Source: Escherichia phage vB_vPM_PD112 | Reading direction: 5' to 3' (one strand) | DNA length: 64,000 nt | Sequence record: NC_054928.1 | In this document: piece after piece, positions 46,249-57,753 of the stretch | Numbering within the stretch: position 1 is the stretch's first letter | Layout of the letters: the number at the start of each line of letters is the position of its first letter | The notes under the pieces: model-generated | The model's database searches: none | Told to the model about the DNA's origin: nothing | The model's input: only the letters and a program-made list of their open reading frames with translations | Position numbers and translations under genes: made by a program

Positions 46249-48285
46249 ATGAATTATAACGAAATTGTTGATGAATTAGTTGATACCATACAATCAGCTT
46301 GTTCAATTATTCCCGAAGGTTATTATAGACGAGTTAAATGGGAATTATACAATCCCAATAAAGAAATGATTCAACCCGATAATGGGGTTGAATGGGACAC
46401 TGAAATTATTAAATTAGATACCCATCTTTACACCGAAAATCCATTTGGTCATTCTTCTGATACATTTACTGAATCATCTGATGGAGAAACCCAAACTGGT
46501 GTTTTTTGTCATAAAATCGGCGTGTATTTTCCAACTCAAACTGCGTTAGAAGATTACGTTGAACAAATTGGTGCAACTTTACTTCCAGGTAATACTTGGT
46601 ATGGTGCTGATTTATCGAAACGTGAATTTTTTAAAACTGAAATTGAATATGATATGTATCGCATTGAAAATCGCGGAGGTACATGGCATCATACGGGTCC
46701 TAGAATAGATGCTAGGACAATGATCGGTGTTAACAATGACTATACAATGTATGTTAACTTTAACGGTTTAGGAGATTATAGAAGAGCATATTTAAAATAT
46801 TATGAAGATAAACCATGCACATATGTCGGTTTAACACTAAATTTAAATATAGATACATCAATTCCCGGTATTCCTTATTCACCTCCATCAATTATTGGAG
46901 AGCTTCCACTTAATGCAATTTCATGCGTTAATTTTACTGCCCAATTTCCATACAATGGCTTAACATCTGCAATTATTGAGGCTTGGAACACCTCAAGAGA
47001 TTCATTTAAACTATATTGGGATATGTTGCCTGGTATGCCGGCAATTAGCGGAAGTGATTTTGAAAAATATTTTAATTCGGCATATACACATTTATCTGTA
47101 GCAATGGAAGAGCTTGGAAATTCGGCAATTGCCATGTGTCAATATGTTCAGCAACAAGCCTTTATGGTTTTTAAAAATTCTGTTTCACAAGTTCTAAATA
47201 TTGTCGGTGGCGGATGGGATTTATTAAAAAGTTTTTTACCTAAAATAACAATAATGGGCATATCTATTGATATTGAAGATTTATGTACATCAACAGATGG
47301 TGTTCAAAAATTGAAGGAAACCTTTGAAAATTTTAATCTGGAAGATACTATTAGTTCAATTTATTCTGCAATGGGTTCTGCATATGACTATTCTATAGAA
47401 CGCGTTAAAATGTATTCGCGGGATTTAGTTGATGCAATAACAGATTTATATGATTGGGCCTGGTCAAAATTAATGATGGCCGGTGTCGCTTTATCAAAAT
47501 TATGTGTTGATTTAGCACAAATCTGGAGCATGCCACCAATTATTCCAAATCCAGTGTGGTCTGTTATCACTTTAGTGAAGGAAATGATGAAACAAATTCC
47601 TCCATTAGATATGATTATGTCAGGTAATTTTCCTGGATTTACTGCTTCTGATGTATATCAGATGGTTATGTCTATCGTATCTGAAAAAATTAAACAAGTT
47701 TATACTAAAATAGAATCATTAAAAACCCAAGCATTGGATGTATGGAATGAAATTAAACTAAAAACACAGGAATATAAAAAGCAAACGATTGAATTTAAAC
47801 AATATTTATCAGGAATGGCTGAAAAGGTTGAAGATGAAATAACTATAGCAAAAAAGAAAGCGTTACAAGAAGCTGAATCCGCTTTAAATGTTTTAAAGGA
47901 TAAATATAACAGTATTAAAGACTTGATAAAAAATAAACAGATTTCTGTGTCTGATGTATTAGATTTAGCTTTGACTGAATTTCGAAAAATTCCATTAATT
48001 TCACAAATGGAATCATTATTATCTTTAGCTGGAGCATCTATCGATGATATAATGAAAGTATATGAAAATAGCGTTACTAAAGCAAAATCATTATATCACG
48101 AATTCACCGATGGCGCTCGGTCAATGAAAGATCTATGCAAATCATTATACAATCAAATTTCGACTTTATGTTTGAGTAAGGTTGTGCAATGGATTAATAA
48201 AATGCTTGGAATATTTGGATTAAGTATTACATTTCCAACAGTATCAATATGCATTCCATGCTTAAAAACTCCTATGAGGAATTAA
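46249..48285 (+). CDS. unassigned large protein (678 aa) between gp5 and gp6; acidic N-terminal region, hydrophobic central segments, C-terminal coiled coil
   Basis: Single long ORF; ATG (residue 26 of track ORF) overlaps gp5 stop as TAATATG; stop 1 nt before gp6 ATG; no recognisable motif. Confidence 0.6.
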   Translation: MNYNEIVDELVDTIQSACSIIPEGYYRRVKWELYNPNKEMIQPDNGVEWDTEIIKLDTHLYTENPFGHSSDTFTESSDGETQTGVFCHKIGVYFPTQTALEDYVEQIGATLLPGNTWYGADLSKREFFKTEIEYDMYRIENRGGTWHHTGPRIDARTMIGVNNDYTMYVNFNGLGDYRRAYLKYYEDKPCTYVGLTLNLNIDTSIPGIPYSPPSIIGELPLNAISCVNFTAQFPYNGLTSAIIEAWNTSRDSFKLYWDMLPGMPAISGSDFEKYFNSAYTHLSVAMEELGNSAIAMCQYVQQQAFMVFKNSVSQVLNIVGGGWDLLKSFLPKITIMGISIDIEDLCTSTDGVQKLKETFENFNLEDTISSIYSAMGSAYDYSIERVKMYSRDLVDAITDLYDWAWSKLMMAGVALSKLCVDLAQIWSMPPIIPNPVWSVITLVKEMMKQIPPLDMIMSGNFPGFTASDVYQMVMSIVSEKIKQVYTKIESLKTQALDVWNEIKLKTQEYKKQTIEFKQYLSGMAEKVEDEITIAKKKALQEAESALNVLKDKYNSIKDLIKNKQISVSDVLDLALTEFRKIPLISQMESLLSLAGASIDDIMKVYENSVTKAKSLYHEFTDGARSMKDLCKSLYNQISTLCLSKVVQWINKMLGIFGLSITFPTVSICIPCLKTPMRN

Positions 48286-48286
48286 A

Positions 48287-50266
48287 ATGACAACTCCTGT
48301 AAATTATCAATTAACAAGAACAGCAAATGCTATTCCCGAGATATTCGTCGGGGGTACATTTGCTGAAATAAAACAAAACCTCATTGAATGGCTTAATGGC
48401 CAAAATGAATTTTTGGATTATGATTTTGAAGGCTCAAGATTAAACGTTCTGTGTGACCTTTTAGCTTATAATACATTATACATTCAGCAGTTTGGTAATG
48501 CTGCCGTATATGAAAGCTTTATGCGTACTGCTAATTTGCGTAGTTCAGTAGTTCAAGCTGCACAAGATAATGGATATTTACCTACTTCAAAATCAGCTGC
48601 TCAAACTGAAATTATGCTAACTTGCACAGACGCATTGAATAGAAATTACATTACTATTCCTCGCGGTACTCGCTTTTTAGCATATGCAAAAGATACTTCC
48701 GTTAATCCTTATAACTTTGTATCTACCGAAGATGTTATTGCTATTCGCGATAAAAATAACCAATATTTTCCGCGTTTAAAATTAGCCCAGGGACGTATAG
48801 TAAGAACTGAAATCATTTATGATAAATTAACACCTATTATCATTTATGACAAAAATATAGATAGAAACCAAGTTAAGCTGTATGTTGATGGAGCAGAATG
48901 GATTAACTGGACAAGAAAGTCAATGGTTCATGCTGGTTCTACATCAACAATTTACTACATGCGTGAAACTATTGATGGAAATACTGAATTTTATTTTGGT
49001 GAAGGTGAGATTTCCGTTAATGCGGCAGAAGGAGCATTGACCGCTAATTATATTGGAGGTCTTAAGCCTACCCAGAACTCTACGATTGTTATTGAGTACA
49101 TCAGTACTAACGGCGCGGATGCGAATGGCGCAGTCGGATTTTCATACGCAGATACATTAACAAATATAACTGTCATCAATATTAATGAAAATCCAAACGA
49201 TGACCCAGATTTTGTTGGGGCAGATGGCGGCGGTGATCCAGAAGATATTGAGCGTATTCGCGAATTGGGTACTATTAAACGTGAAACCCAGCAACGATGC
49301 GTAACTGCGACTGACTATGATACATTCGTTTCAGAGAGATTTGGTTCTATTATTCAAGCAGTTCAGACTTTCACTGATTCTACTAAACCTGGTTATGCAT
49401 TTATTGCTGCTAAACCTAAATCAGGTCTGTATTTAACTACTGTACAGCGTGAAGATATTAAAAATTATCTCAAAGACTATAATTTAGCTCCTATTACACC
49501 ATCAATTATTTCTCCTAATTACCTTTTTATTAAGACTAATTTAAAAGTCACATATGCTTTAAATAAGCTGCAAGAATCCGAACAGTGGCTCGAAGGTCAA
49601 ATAATTGATAAAATTGATCGTTATTATACCGAAGATGTAGAAATTTTTAATTCATCTTTCGCTAAATCTAAGATGTTGACATATGTAGATGATGCAGATC
49701 ATTCTATCATTGGCTCATCCGCGACAATTCAAATGGTACGTGAAGTACAAAACTTCTATAAAACGCCTGAAGCGGGTATTAAATACAATAATCAAATAAA
49801 AGATCGTTCTATGGAATCTAATACGTTTTCATTTAATTCCGGACGAAAGGTTGTAAATCCTGATACTGGCTTAGAAGAAGATGTATTATATGACGTTCGT
49901 ATAGTATCAACAGACCGAGATTCTAAAGGAATTGGTAAAGTTATTATTGGTCCATTTGCTTCTGGCGATGTTACAGAAAATGAAAACATTCAGCCGTATA
50001 CAGGCAACGATTTTAACAAATTAGCAAATTCTGATGGACGCGACAAATACTATGTTATCGGTGAAATAAATTATCCAGCTGATGTTATTTACTGGAATAT
50101 CGCTAAAATTAATTTAACATCTGAAAAATTTGAAGTTCAGACTATTGAATTATATTCTGACCCAACCGATGATGTTATCTTTACTCGCGATGGTTCACTG
50201 ATTGTATTTGAAAATGACTTACGTCCACAATACTTAACTATCGATTTGGAGCCTATATCACAATGA
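48287..50266 (+). CDS. 6: baseplate wedge subunit gp6
   Basis: 659 aa (T4 660); position and coupling. Confidence 0.85.
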   Translation: MTTPVNYQLTRTANAIPEIFVGGTFAEIKQNLIEWLNGQNEFLDYDFEGSRLNVLCDLLAYNTLYIQQFGNAAVYESFMRTANLRSSVVQAAQDNGYLPTSKSAAQTEIMLTCTDALNRNYITIPRGTRFLAYAKDTSVNPYNFVSTEDVIAIRDKNNQYFPRLKLAQGRIVRTEIIYDKLTPIIIYDKNIDRNQVKLYVDGAEWINWTRKSMVHAGSTSTIYYMRETIDGNTEFYFGEGEISVNAAEGALTANYIGGLKPTQNSTIVIEYISTNGADANGAVGFSYADTLTNITVININENPNDDPDFVGADGGGDPEDIERIRELGTIKRETQQRCVTATDYDTFVSERFGSIIQAVQTFTDSTKPGYAFIAAKPKSGLYLTTVQREDIKNYLKDYNLAPITPSIISPNYLFIKTNLKVTYALNKLQESEQWLEGQIIDKIDRYYTEDVEIFNSSFAKSKMLTYVDDADHSIIGSSATIQMVREVQNFYKTPEAGIKYNNQIKDRSMESNTFSFNSGRKVVNPDTGLEEDVLYDVRIVSTDRDSKGIGKVIIGPFASGDVTENENIQPYTGNDFNKLANSDGRDKYYVIGEINYPADVIYWNIAKINLTSEKFEVQTIELYSDPTDDVIFTRDGSLIVFENDLRPQYLTIDLEPISQ

Positions 50267-53200
50267 CAGTAAAAGCACCTTCAGTCACTAGTCTCAGAAT
50301 TTCCAAGTTATCCGCAAATCAGGTGCAAGTACGCTGGGATGACGTTGGTGCTAATTTCTACTATTTTGTAGAAATCGCTGAGACAAAAACAAACTCGGGG
50401 GAAAATCTCCCGAGTAATCAATACAGATGGATTAACTTAGGATATACTGCAAATAACAGCTTCTTTTTTGATAATGCTAATCCATTGACATCGTACATTA
50501 TTAGAGTAGCTACAGCTGCGCAGGATTTTGAGCAGTCTGATTGGATTTATACCGAAGAGTTTGAAACTTTTGCTACAAACGCTTATACATTTCAAAACAT
50601 GATTGAAATGCAATTAGCTAATAAATTCATTCAGGAAAAATTTACTCTTAATAATTCTGATTATGTCAATTTTAATAATGACACTATAATGGCTGCATTG
50701 ATGAATGAATCATTTCAATTCAGCCCGTCATATGTTGACGTTTCATCAATAAGTAATTTTATTATTGGTGAAAATGAGTATCATGAAATACAAGGTTCTA
50801 TTCAACAAGTATGTAAGGATATTAACCGAGTTTATTTGATGGAATCAGAAGGGATTCTATATCTTTTTGAGCGTTATCAACCTGTAGTTAAAGTATCTAA
50901 CGATAAAGGACAAACCTGGAAAGCTGTAAAGCTCTTCAATGACCGCGTAGGATATCCTTTATCTAAGACTGTATATTACCAATCTGCAAACACAACATAC
51001 GTTCTAGGATACGACAAGATTTTCTATGGCCGCAAATCTACTGATGTTAGATGGTCAGCTGATGATGTCAGATTTAGTTCGCAGGATATAACATTTGCTA
51101 AACTTGGCGACCAATTACATCTAGGATTTGATGTAGAAATTTTTGCCACTTACGCGACTTTGCCAGCTAATGTATACCGCATTGCAGAAGCTATTACTTG
51201 CACCGATGATTACATTTACGTTGTCGCCAGAGACAAAGTTAGATACATAAAAACGAGTAATGCACCTATAGATTCTGATCCATTATCTCCGACATATTCG
51301 GAAAGACTTTTTGAACCTGATACAATGACTATAACTGGAAATCCTAAAGCAGTATGTTATAAAATGGATTCTATCGGTGATAAAGTTTTCGCTCTTATTA
51401 TCGGAGAAGTTGAAACATTAAATGCTAATCCTAGAACATCAAAAATAATTGATTCTGCCGATAAAGGAATATATGTTTTAAATCATGCCACGAAAACATG
51501 GAAAAGAGTTTTTGGCAACACTGAAGAAGAAAGAAGACGTATTCAACCTGGATATGCGAATATGTCAACTGATGGTAAATTAGTTTCTCTGTCTTCGAGT
51601 AATTTTAAATTTTTAAGTGATAACATTGTTAATGACCCTGAAACTGCAGCGAAATATCAGTTAATCGGTGCTGTTAAATATGAATTTCCTCGTGAATGGC
51701 TAGCTGATAAGCATTATCATATGATGGCATTTATAGCAGATGAAAAATCTGATTGGGAAACTTTTACACCTCAGCCGATGAAATACTACGCTGAACCATT
51801 CTTTAACTGGTCTAAAAAATCTAACACACGCTGTTGGATAAACAACTCTGACAGAGCTGTAGTAGTTTATGCTGATTTAAAATACACCAAAGTTATAGAA
51901 AATATTCCGGAAACATCACCGGATAGATTAGTTCATGAATACTGGGATGATGGTGATTGTACGATAGTAATGCCAAATGTTAAATTCACGGGATTTAAAA
52001 AATACGCGTCTGGGATGCTTTTTTATAAGTCTTCTGGTGAAATAATTTCTTACTATGATTTTAACTATCGAGTGAGAGACACTGTCGAAATTATTTGGAA
52101 GCCAACTGAAGTGTTTTTAAAAGCATTTTTACAAAACCAAGAGCATGAGACTCCTTGGTCACCAGAAGAAGAGCGTGGACTAGCTGACCCCGATTTAAGA
52201 CCATTAATTGGCACAATGATGCCTGATTCTTATTTGCTACAGGATTCGAATTTTGAAGCATTTTGCGAAGCATATATTCAGTATCTTTCTGATGGATATG
52301 GAACTCAGTATAACAATTTACGAAATTTAATTCGTAACAAATATCCACGAGAAGAGCATGCATGGGAATATTTGTGGTCAGAGATATATAAAAGAAACAT
52401 TTATTTAAATGCTGACAAACGTGATGCTGTTGCAAGATTTTTCGAATCACGCAGCTATGATTTTTATTCTACTAAAGGAATTGAAGCATCATACAAATTT
52501 CTTTTTAAAGTTCTTTATAATGAAGAAGTTGAAATTGAAATTGAATCTGGGGCTGGTACTGAATATGATATAATCATTCAATCTGATTCTTTGACTGAAG
52601 ACTTAGTAGGACAAACGATTTATACAGCTACAGGAAGATGTAATGTTACTTATATAGAAAGAAGTTATTCTAACGGTAAATTGCAATGGACCGTAACTAT
52701 TCATAATCTTTTGGGAAGATTAATTGCCGGTCAAGAAGTTAAAGCAGAAAGACTCCCTAGTTTCGAAGGCGAAATTATTCGCGGGGTTAAAGGAAAGGAT
52801 TTGCTTCAAAATAATATAGACTATATTAATAGAAGTCGATCATATTATGTAATGAAAATTAAATCCAATTTACCTTCTTCCCGCTGGAAATCTGACGTTA
52901 TTCGTTTTGTTCATCCAGTAGGATTTGGATTTATAGCAATTACTCTTTTAACAATGTTTATTAATGTCGGTTTAACTCTTAAACATACAGAGACTATAAT
53001 TAATAAATACAAAAACTATAAATGGGATTCTGGATTGCCTACTGAATATGCTGATAGAGTAGCTAAATTAACTCCAACCGGTGAAATTGAGCATGATTCA
53101 GTAACAGGCGAAGCAATTTATGAACCTGGCCCAATGGCTGGTGTAGAATATCCTCTTCCTGATGACTATAATGCTGAAAATAATAATTCAATATTTCAAG

Positions 53201-53361
53201 GTCAATTGCCATCTGAACGACGTAAATTAATGAGTCCTCTATTTGATGCATCTGGAACAACATTTGCACAATTTAGGGATTTAGTTAATAAACGTCTAAA
53301 AGATAATATAGGAAATCCAAGAGACCCTGAAAATCCAACACAGGTTAAAATAGATGAATGA
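50263..53361 (+). CDS. 7: baseplate wedge initiator gp7
   Basis: 1032 aa as in T4. Confidence 0.85.
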   Translation: MTVKAPSVTSLRISKLSANQVQVRWDDVGANFYYFVEIAETKTNSGENLPSNQYRWINLGYTANNSFFFDNANPLTSYIIRVATAAQDFEQSDWIYTEEFETFATNAYTFQNMIEMQLANKFIQEKFTLNNSDYVNFNNDTIMAALMNESFQFSPSYVDVSSISNFIIGENEYHEIQGSIQQVCKDINRVYLMESEGILYLFERYQPVVKVSNDKGQTWKAVKLFNDRVGYPLSKTVYYQSANTTYVLGYDKIFYGRKSTDVRWSADDVRFSSQDITFAKLGDQLHLGFDVEIFATYATLPANVYRIAEAITCTDDYIYVVARDKVRYIKTSNAPIDSDPLSPTYSERLFEPDTMTITGNPKAVCYKMDSIGDKVFALIIGEVETLNANPRTSKIIDSADKGIYVLNHATKTWKRVFGNTEEERRRIQPGYANMSTDGKLVSLSSSNFKFLSDNIVNDPETAAKYQLIGAVKYEFPREWLADKHYHMMAFIADEKSDWETFTPQPMKYYAEPFFNWSKKSNTRCWINNSDRAVVVYADLKYTKVIENIPETSPDRLVHEYWDDGDCTIVMPNVKFTGFKKYASGMLFYKSSGEIISYYDFNYRVRDTVEIIWKPTEVFLKAFLQNQEHETPWSPEEERGLADPDLRPLIGTMMPDSYLLQDSNFEAFCEAYIQYLSDGYGTQYNNLRNLIRNKYPREEHAWEYLWSEIYKRNIYLNADKRDAVARFFESRSYDFYSTKGIEASYKFLFKVLYNEEVEIEIESGAGTEYDIIIQSDSLTEDLVGQTIYTATGRCNVTYIERSYSNGKLQWTVTIHNLLGRLIAGQEVKAERLPSFEGEIIRGVKGKDLLQNNIDYINRSRSYYVMKIKSNLPSSRWKSDVIRFVHPVGFGFIAITLLTMFINVGLTLKHTETIINKYKNYKWDSGLPTEYADRVAKLTPTGEIEHDSVTGEAIYEPGPMAGVEYPLPDDYNAENNNSIFQGQLPSERRKLMSPLFDASGTTFAQFRDLVNKRLKDNIGNPRDPENPTQVKIDE

Positions 53362-54358
53362 TTCAAGTGTTATCTATCGTGCGATAGTTACTTCAAAATT
53401 TAGAACAGAAAAAATGTTGAATTTTTATAATTCAATTGGAAGTGGTCCGGATAAAAACACTATCTTTATCACATTTGGAAGATCAGAACCGTGGTCATCA
53501 AATGAAAATGAGGTGGGCTTTGCTCCACCTTATCCCACCGATTCTGTATTAGGTGTAACTGACATGTGGACTCATATGATGGGAACCGTGAAGGTTCTTC
53601 CATCTATGCTTGATGCAGTTATTCCTCGTCGAGATTGGGGAGATACTAGATATCCGGATCCATACACATTTAGAATTAACGATATTGTAGTGTGTAACTC
53701 AGCTCCTTACAACGCTACCGAATCAGGCGCAGGCTGGTTAGTATATCGTTGTTTAGATGTTCCTGATACCGGAATGTGCTCAATTGAGTCTTTAACTAAT
53801 AAGGATGAATGCCTTAAGTTAGGTGGAAAATGGACTCCTTCTGTTAGGTCAATGACTCCTCCTGAAGGTCGAGGAGACGCGGAAGGAACAATCGAACCTG
53901 GAGACGGGTATGTATGGGAATATCTTTTTGAGATTCCGCCTGATGTATCTATAAACAGATGCACGAATGAATATATCGTGGTTCCTTGGCCTGAGGAATT
54001 AAAAGAAGATCCGACTAGATGGGGGTATGAAGATAACCTCACTTGGCAGCAAGATGATTTTGGATTAATTTACCGGGTTAAGGCAAATACTATTCGTTTT
54101 AAAGCATACTTAGATTCAGTTTATTTTCCTGAAGCTGCATTGCCAGGAAATAAAGGATTTAGACAAATATCGATAATCACGAATCCTCTTGAAGCTAAAG
54201 TTCATCCAAATGACCCAAACGTTAAAGCTGAAAAGGATTACTATGATCCGGAAGATTTAATGAGGCATTCGGGCGAAATGATTTATATGGAAAATAGGCC
54301 ACCTATTATTATGGCAATGGATCAAACAGAAGAAATCAATATTCTGTTTACATTTTAA
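53354..54358 (+). CDS. 8: baseplate wedge subunit gp8
   Basis: 334 aa as in T4; N-terminus MNDSSVIYRAIVTSKF. Confidence 0.9.
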   Translation: MNDSSVIYRAIVTSKFRTEKMLNFYNSIGSGPDKNTIFITFGRSEPWSSNENEVGFAPPYPTDSVLGVTDMWTHMMGTVKVLPSMLDAVIPRRDWGDTRYPDPYTFRINDIVVCNSAPYNATESGAGWLVYRCLDVPDTGMCSIESLTNKDECLKLGGKWTPSVRSMTPPEGRGDAEGTIEPGDGYVWEYLFEIPPDVSINRCTNEYIVVPWPEELKEDPTRWGYEDNLTWQQDDFGLIYRVKANTIRFKAYLDSVYFPEAALPGNKGFRQISIITNPLEAKVHPNDPNVKAEKDYYDPEDLMRHSGEMIYMENRPPIIMAMDQTEEINILFTF

Positions 54359-54363
54359 ATTAA

Positions 54364-54388
54364 GGGAGCCCATGGGCTCCCTTTTTTC
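54364..54388 (+). terminator. rho-independent terminator after gene 8
   Basis: GGGAGCCCATGGGCTCCC perfect hairpin followed by TTTTTT. Confidence 0.7.
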
Positions 54389-54390
54389 TT

Positions 54391-54398
54391 TATAAATA
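54391..54398 (+). promoter_or_regulatory. late promoter TATAAATA for gene 9
   Basis: Exact TATAAATA directly after terminator, about 25 nt upstream of gp9 ATG. Confidence 0.65.
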
Positions 54399-54422
54399 CT
54401 ATAAACTCATAAGGAAACCGCT

Positions 54423-55289
54423 ATGTTCATTCAAGAACCAAAGAAATTGATTGATACCGGCGAAATTGGTAACGCTTCTACTGGTGATATCTTATTCGAC
54501 GGTGGTAATAAAATTAATAGTGATTTTAATGCAATTTATAACGCGTTTGGCGATCAGCGTAAAATGGCAGTAGCAAATGGAACTGGAGCAGATGGCCAAA
54601 TTATCCATGCTACTGGATATTATCAAAAACACTCTATTGCAGAGTACGCAACTCCAGTAAAAGTTGGCACTAGGCATGATATTGATACCTCTACTGTAGG
54701 TGTTAAAGTTATCATTGAAAGAGGCGAACTCGGCGATTGTGTTGAATTCATTAACTCTAATGGATCAATATCAGTTACTAATCCTTTGACAATTCAAGCT
54801 ATTGATTCAATTAAAGGTGTTTCAGGTAATTTGGTAGTAACTAGCCCATATAGTAAAGTTACTTTACGTTGTATTTCATCTGATAATTCTACGTCAGTTT
54901 GGAATTATTCTATTGAAAGTATGTTTGGCCAAAAGGAATCACCGGCCGAAGGTACATGGAATATTTCTACATCTGGGTCAGTTGACATTCCATTATTTCA
55001 TCGTACTGAATATAACATGGCTAAATTGTTAGTTACATGCCAATCAGTAGATGGAAGAAAAATTAAAACGGCAGAAATAAATATTCTTGTAGATACTGTT
55101 AATTCAGCGGTCATTTCTTCTGAATATGCTGTCATGCGAGTTGGGAATGAAACCGAAGAAGACGAAATCGCTAATATTGCATTTAGTATTAAAGAAAATT
55201 ATGTAACGGCGACTATAAGTTCTTCAACTGTCGGTATGAGAGCAGCAGTTAAAGTTATCGCTACGCAGAAAATCGGGGTGGCTCAATAA
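54423..55289 (+). CDS. 9: baseplate wedge protein gp9 (long tail fiber socket)
   Basis: 288 aa as in T4; own late promoter. Confidence 0.9.
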   Translation: MFIQEPKKLIDTGEIGNASTGDILFDGGNKINSDFNAIYNAFGDQRKMAVANGTGADGQIIHATGYYQKHSIAEYATPVKVGTRHDIDTSTVGVKVIIERGELGDCVEFINSNGSISVTNPLTIQAIDSIKGVSGNLVVTSPYSKVTLRCISSDNSTSVWNYSIESMFGQKESPAEGTWNISTSGSVDIPLFHRTEYNMAKLLVTCQSVDGRKIKTAEINILVDTVNSAVISSEYAVMRVGNETEEDEIANIAFSIKENYVTATISSSTVGMRAAVKVIATQKIGVAQ

Positions 55290-57094
55290 TGAAACAAAAT
55301 ATTAATATCGGTAATGTTGTTGATGATGGTACCGGTGACTACCTGCGTAAAGGTGGTATAAAAATAAATGAAAACTTTGATGAACTTTATTATGAACTTG
55401 GTGATGGAGATGTTCCATATTCAGCCGGTGCCTGGAAAACTTATGATGCTTCATCTGGACAAACACTAACGGCAGAATGGGGAAAATCATATGCCATTAA
55501 TACTTCGTCTGGAAGAGTAACTCTACAACTTCCTAAAGGAACTGTTAATGATTACAACAAGGTAATTAGAGCTAGAGACGTATTCGCTACATGGAACATC
55601 AATCCAGTTACTTTAGTAGCTGCTTCCGGAGATACAATTAAAGGGTCGTCATCGTCAGTTGAAATTAATATTCAATTTAGTGATTTAGAGCTCGTTTATT
55701 GCGCTCCAGGACGTTGGGAATATGTCAAAAACAAACAAATTGACAAAATTGTTAGTTCAGATATTAGTAATGTAGCTCGCAAAGAATTTTTAGTTGAAGT
55801 TCAAGGACAAACTGACTTTTTAGATGTTTTCAATGGAACTAGTTATAATGTCAATAACATCAGAGTAAAACATCGTGGTAACGAATTGTATTACGGTGAT
55901 GTATTTAGCGAAAATAGTGACTTTGGCTCTCCGGGCGAAAATGAAGGCGAATTAGTTCCTCTTGATGGATTTAATATTCGATTAAGACAGCCTTGTAATA
56001 TTGGTGACACCGTTCAAATTGAAACATTTATGGATGGTGTATCACAATGGAGAAGTTCATATACAAGACGCCAAATAAAAGTACTAGATTCAAAACTAAC
56101 ATCAAAGACTTCTTTAGAAGGAAGCATTTATGTTACTGATTTATCGGCGATGAAATCAATTCCATTTTCTGCATTTGGATTAATTCCTGGTGAACCCATT
56201 AATCCTAATTCTCTTGAGGTTCGTTTTAATGGAATTTTACAGCAGCAGGCTGGAACCGCTGGATATCCTCTGTTTTTGTGTGAAGGCGCTAGTTCAGATA
56301 CGCGAGAAGGTTGTATATCTCTTGGTGGTGAATGGAAAGAATCAAACACAGATTATTCTATAGAATATGAAGATGGAAAACCTACCAGTCTTTTATTTGA
56401 TAGAAAATTTGAATCAGGTGATATAATCGTTATAACGTGGTTCAATAATGATTTAGGAACTCTTTTAGAAAAAGATGACATTATTGAATTAACGGATGAC
56501 CGTTATGTTAGCAAAGGATCATCTACCGAAGTTACTGGTGATGTAGCCTTAACAGATTTTGATAAAATCGGTTGGCCAAATGTTGAAAAAGTTGATTCTT
56601 ATACTAGAATGTATAATTCAATATCATCTATTTTCGACAGCATTTATCCTGTTGGTTCAATTTATGAAAATGCTATAAATCCAAATAATCCGGTGACTTA
56701 TATGGGATTTGGTTCATGGAAATTATTTGGTAAAGGACAAGTTTTAGTAGGATGGAATGATGATGTTACGGATCCAAACTTTGCTTTAAACAATAATGAT
56801 TTAGATTCTAGCGGAAATCCTTCACATACTGCCGGTGGAACAGTTGGAACAACATCGGTGACACTTGAGAACGCAAATCTTCCTGCGACTAAAACTGATG
56901 AAAAAGTTTTAATTGAAGATGAAAACGGATCAGTTATTATTGGAGGTTGTCAATATGACCCAGACGAAACTGGTCCTATATATACAAAATATCGTGAAGA
57001 CTACGCAACAACAAACTCTTCACATACTCCTCCTACTAATATTAGTAATATTCAACCGTCTATTACTGTATACCGTTGGATAAGGATTGCATAA
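55289..57094 (+). CDS. 10: baseplate wedge subunit/tail pin gp10
   Basis: 601 aa (T4 602). Confidence 0.85.
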   Translation: MKQNINIGNVVDDGTGDYLRKGGIKINENFDELYYELGDGDVPYSAGAWKTYDASSGQTLTAEWGKSYAINTSSGRVTLQLPKGTVNDYNKVIRARDVFATWNINPVTLVAASGDTIKGSSSSVEINIQFSDLELVYCAPGRWEYVKNKQIDKIVSSDISNVARKEFLVEVQGQTDFLDVFNGTSYNVNNIRVKHRGNELYYGDVFSENSDFGSPGENEGELVPLDGFNIRLRQPCNIGDTVQIETFMDGVSQWRSSYTRRQIKVLDSKLTSKTSLEGSIYVTDLSAMKSIPFSAFGLIPGEPINPNSLEVRFNGILQQQAGTAGYPLFLCEGASSDTREGCISLGGEWKESNTDYSIEYEDGKPTSLLFDRKFESGDIIVITWFNNDLGTLLEKDDIIELTDDRYVSKGSSTEVTGDVALTDFDKIGWPNVEKVDSYTRMYNSISSIFDSIYPVGSIYENAINPNNPVTYMGFGSWKLFGKGQVLVGWNDDVTDPNFALNNNDLDSSGNPSHTAGGTVGTTSVTLENANLPATKTDEKVLIEDENGSVIIGGCQYDPDETGPIYTKYREDYATTNSSHTPPTNISNIQPSITVYRWIRIA

Positions 57095-57753
57095 TGAGTT
57101 TACTTAATAATAAAGCGGGAGTTATTTCCCGCTTAGCAGATTTTCTTGGTTTTAGAACTAAGAAAAATGATATTTCGGTTATGAATAATCAGCCAGTAGG
57201 CGCTGTAACAATTTCACAAATAGCAAAGGGTTTTTATGACCCAAATGTAGAATCTGCTATCAATGATGTTAGAAATATGGCAGAGCAACAAGTTGGAGCT
57301 GTATTAGTTAATATAAGCGGCGTATCTCCTACTGGCGTGCAGCAAACAGACTATTGGTCATTTGAAGGAACTGTTACTGATACTTCAGCTAAACCCGGAG
57401 ACCCAGTTATTGTTAACATGTTTGGCATTCCTGTTAAAGCTACCAACGGAATGACTTCAATCGAATTTACCAGTGCCGTTAGAACAGCTCTACAGGAAAT
57501 GGTTGCAAAATTTATTGCAATTGATTCATTTGAAGACCATCCTACCATAGGAAATAAAATACAAGTTAAGTATTTAGATAACCAAGAACATATCTTAGAA
57601 CAATACTCTGATAAAGGAATTACTTTCAAACAGGAAATAATTTCTCCTTCTAAACCTGGATACGGAACTTGGCAATTATTAGGTGCGCAAACTGTCACGC
57701 TAGATAGTCACACACAACCTACGGTATTTTATTATTTTGAGAGAATAGCATGA
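57094..57753 (+). CDS. 11: baseplate wedge subunit/tail pin gp11
   Basis: ATG at residue 7 of track ORF gives 219 aa as in T4; AAGGA SD. Confidence 0.85.
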   Translation: MSLLNNKAGVISRLADFLGFRTKKNDISVMNNQPVGAVTISQIAKGFYDPNVESAINDVRNMAEQQVGAVLVNISGVSPTGVQQTDYWSFEGTVTDTSAKPGDPVIVNMFGIPVKATNGMTSIEFTSAVRTALQEMVAKFIAIDSFEDHPTIGNKIQVKYLDNQEHILEQYSDKGITFKQEIISPSKPGYGTWQLLGAQTVTLDSHTQPTVFYYFERIA

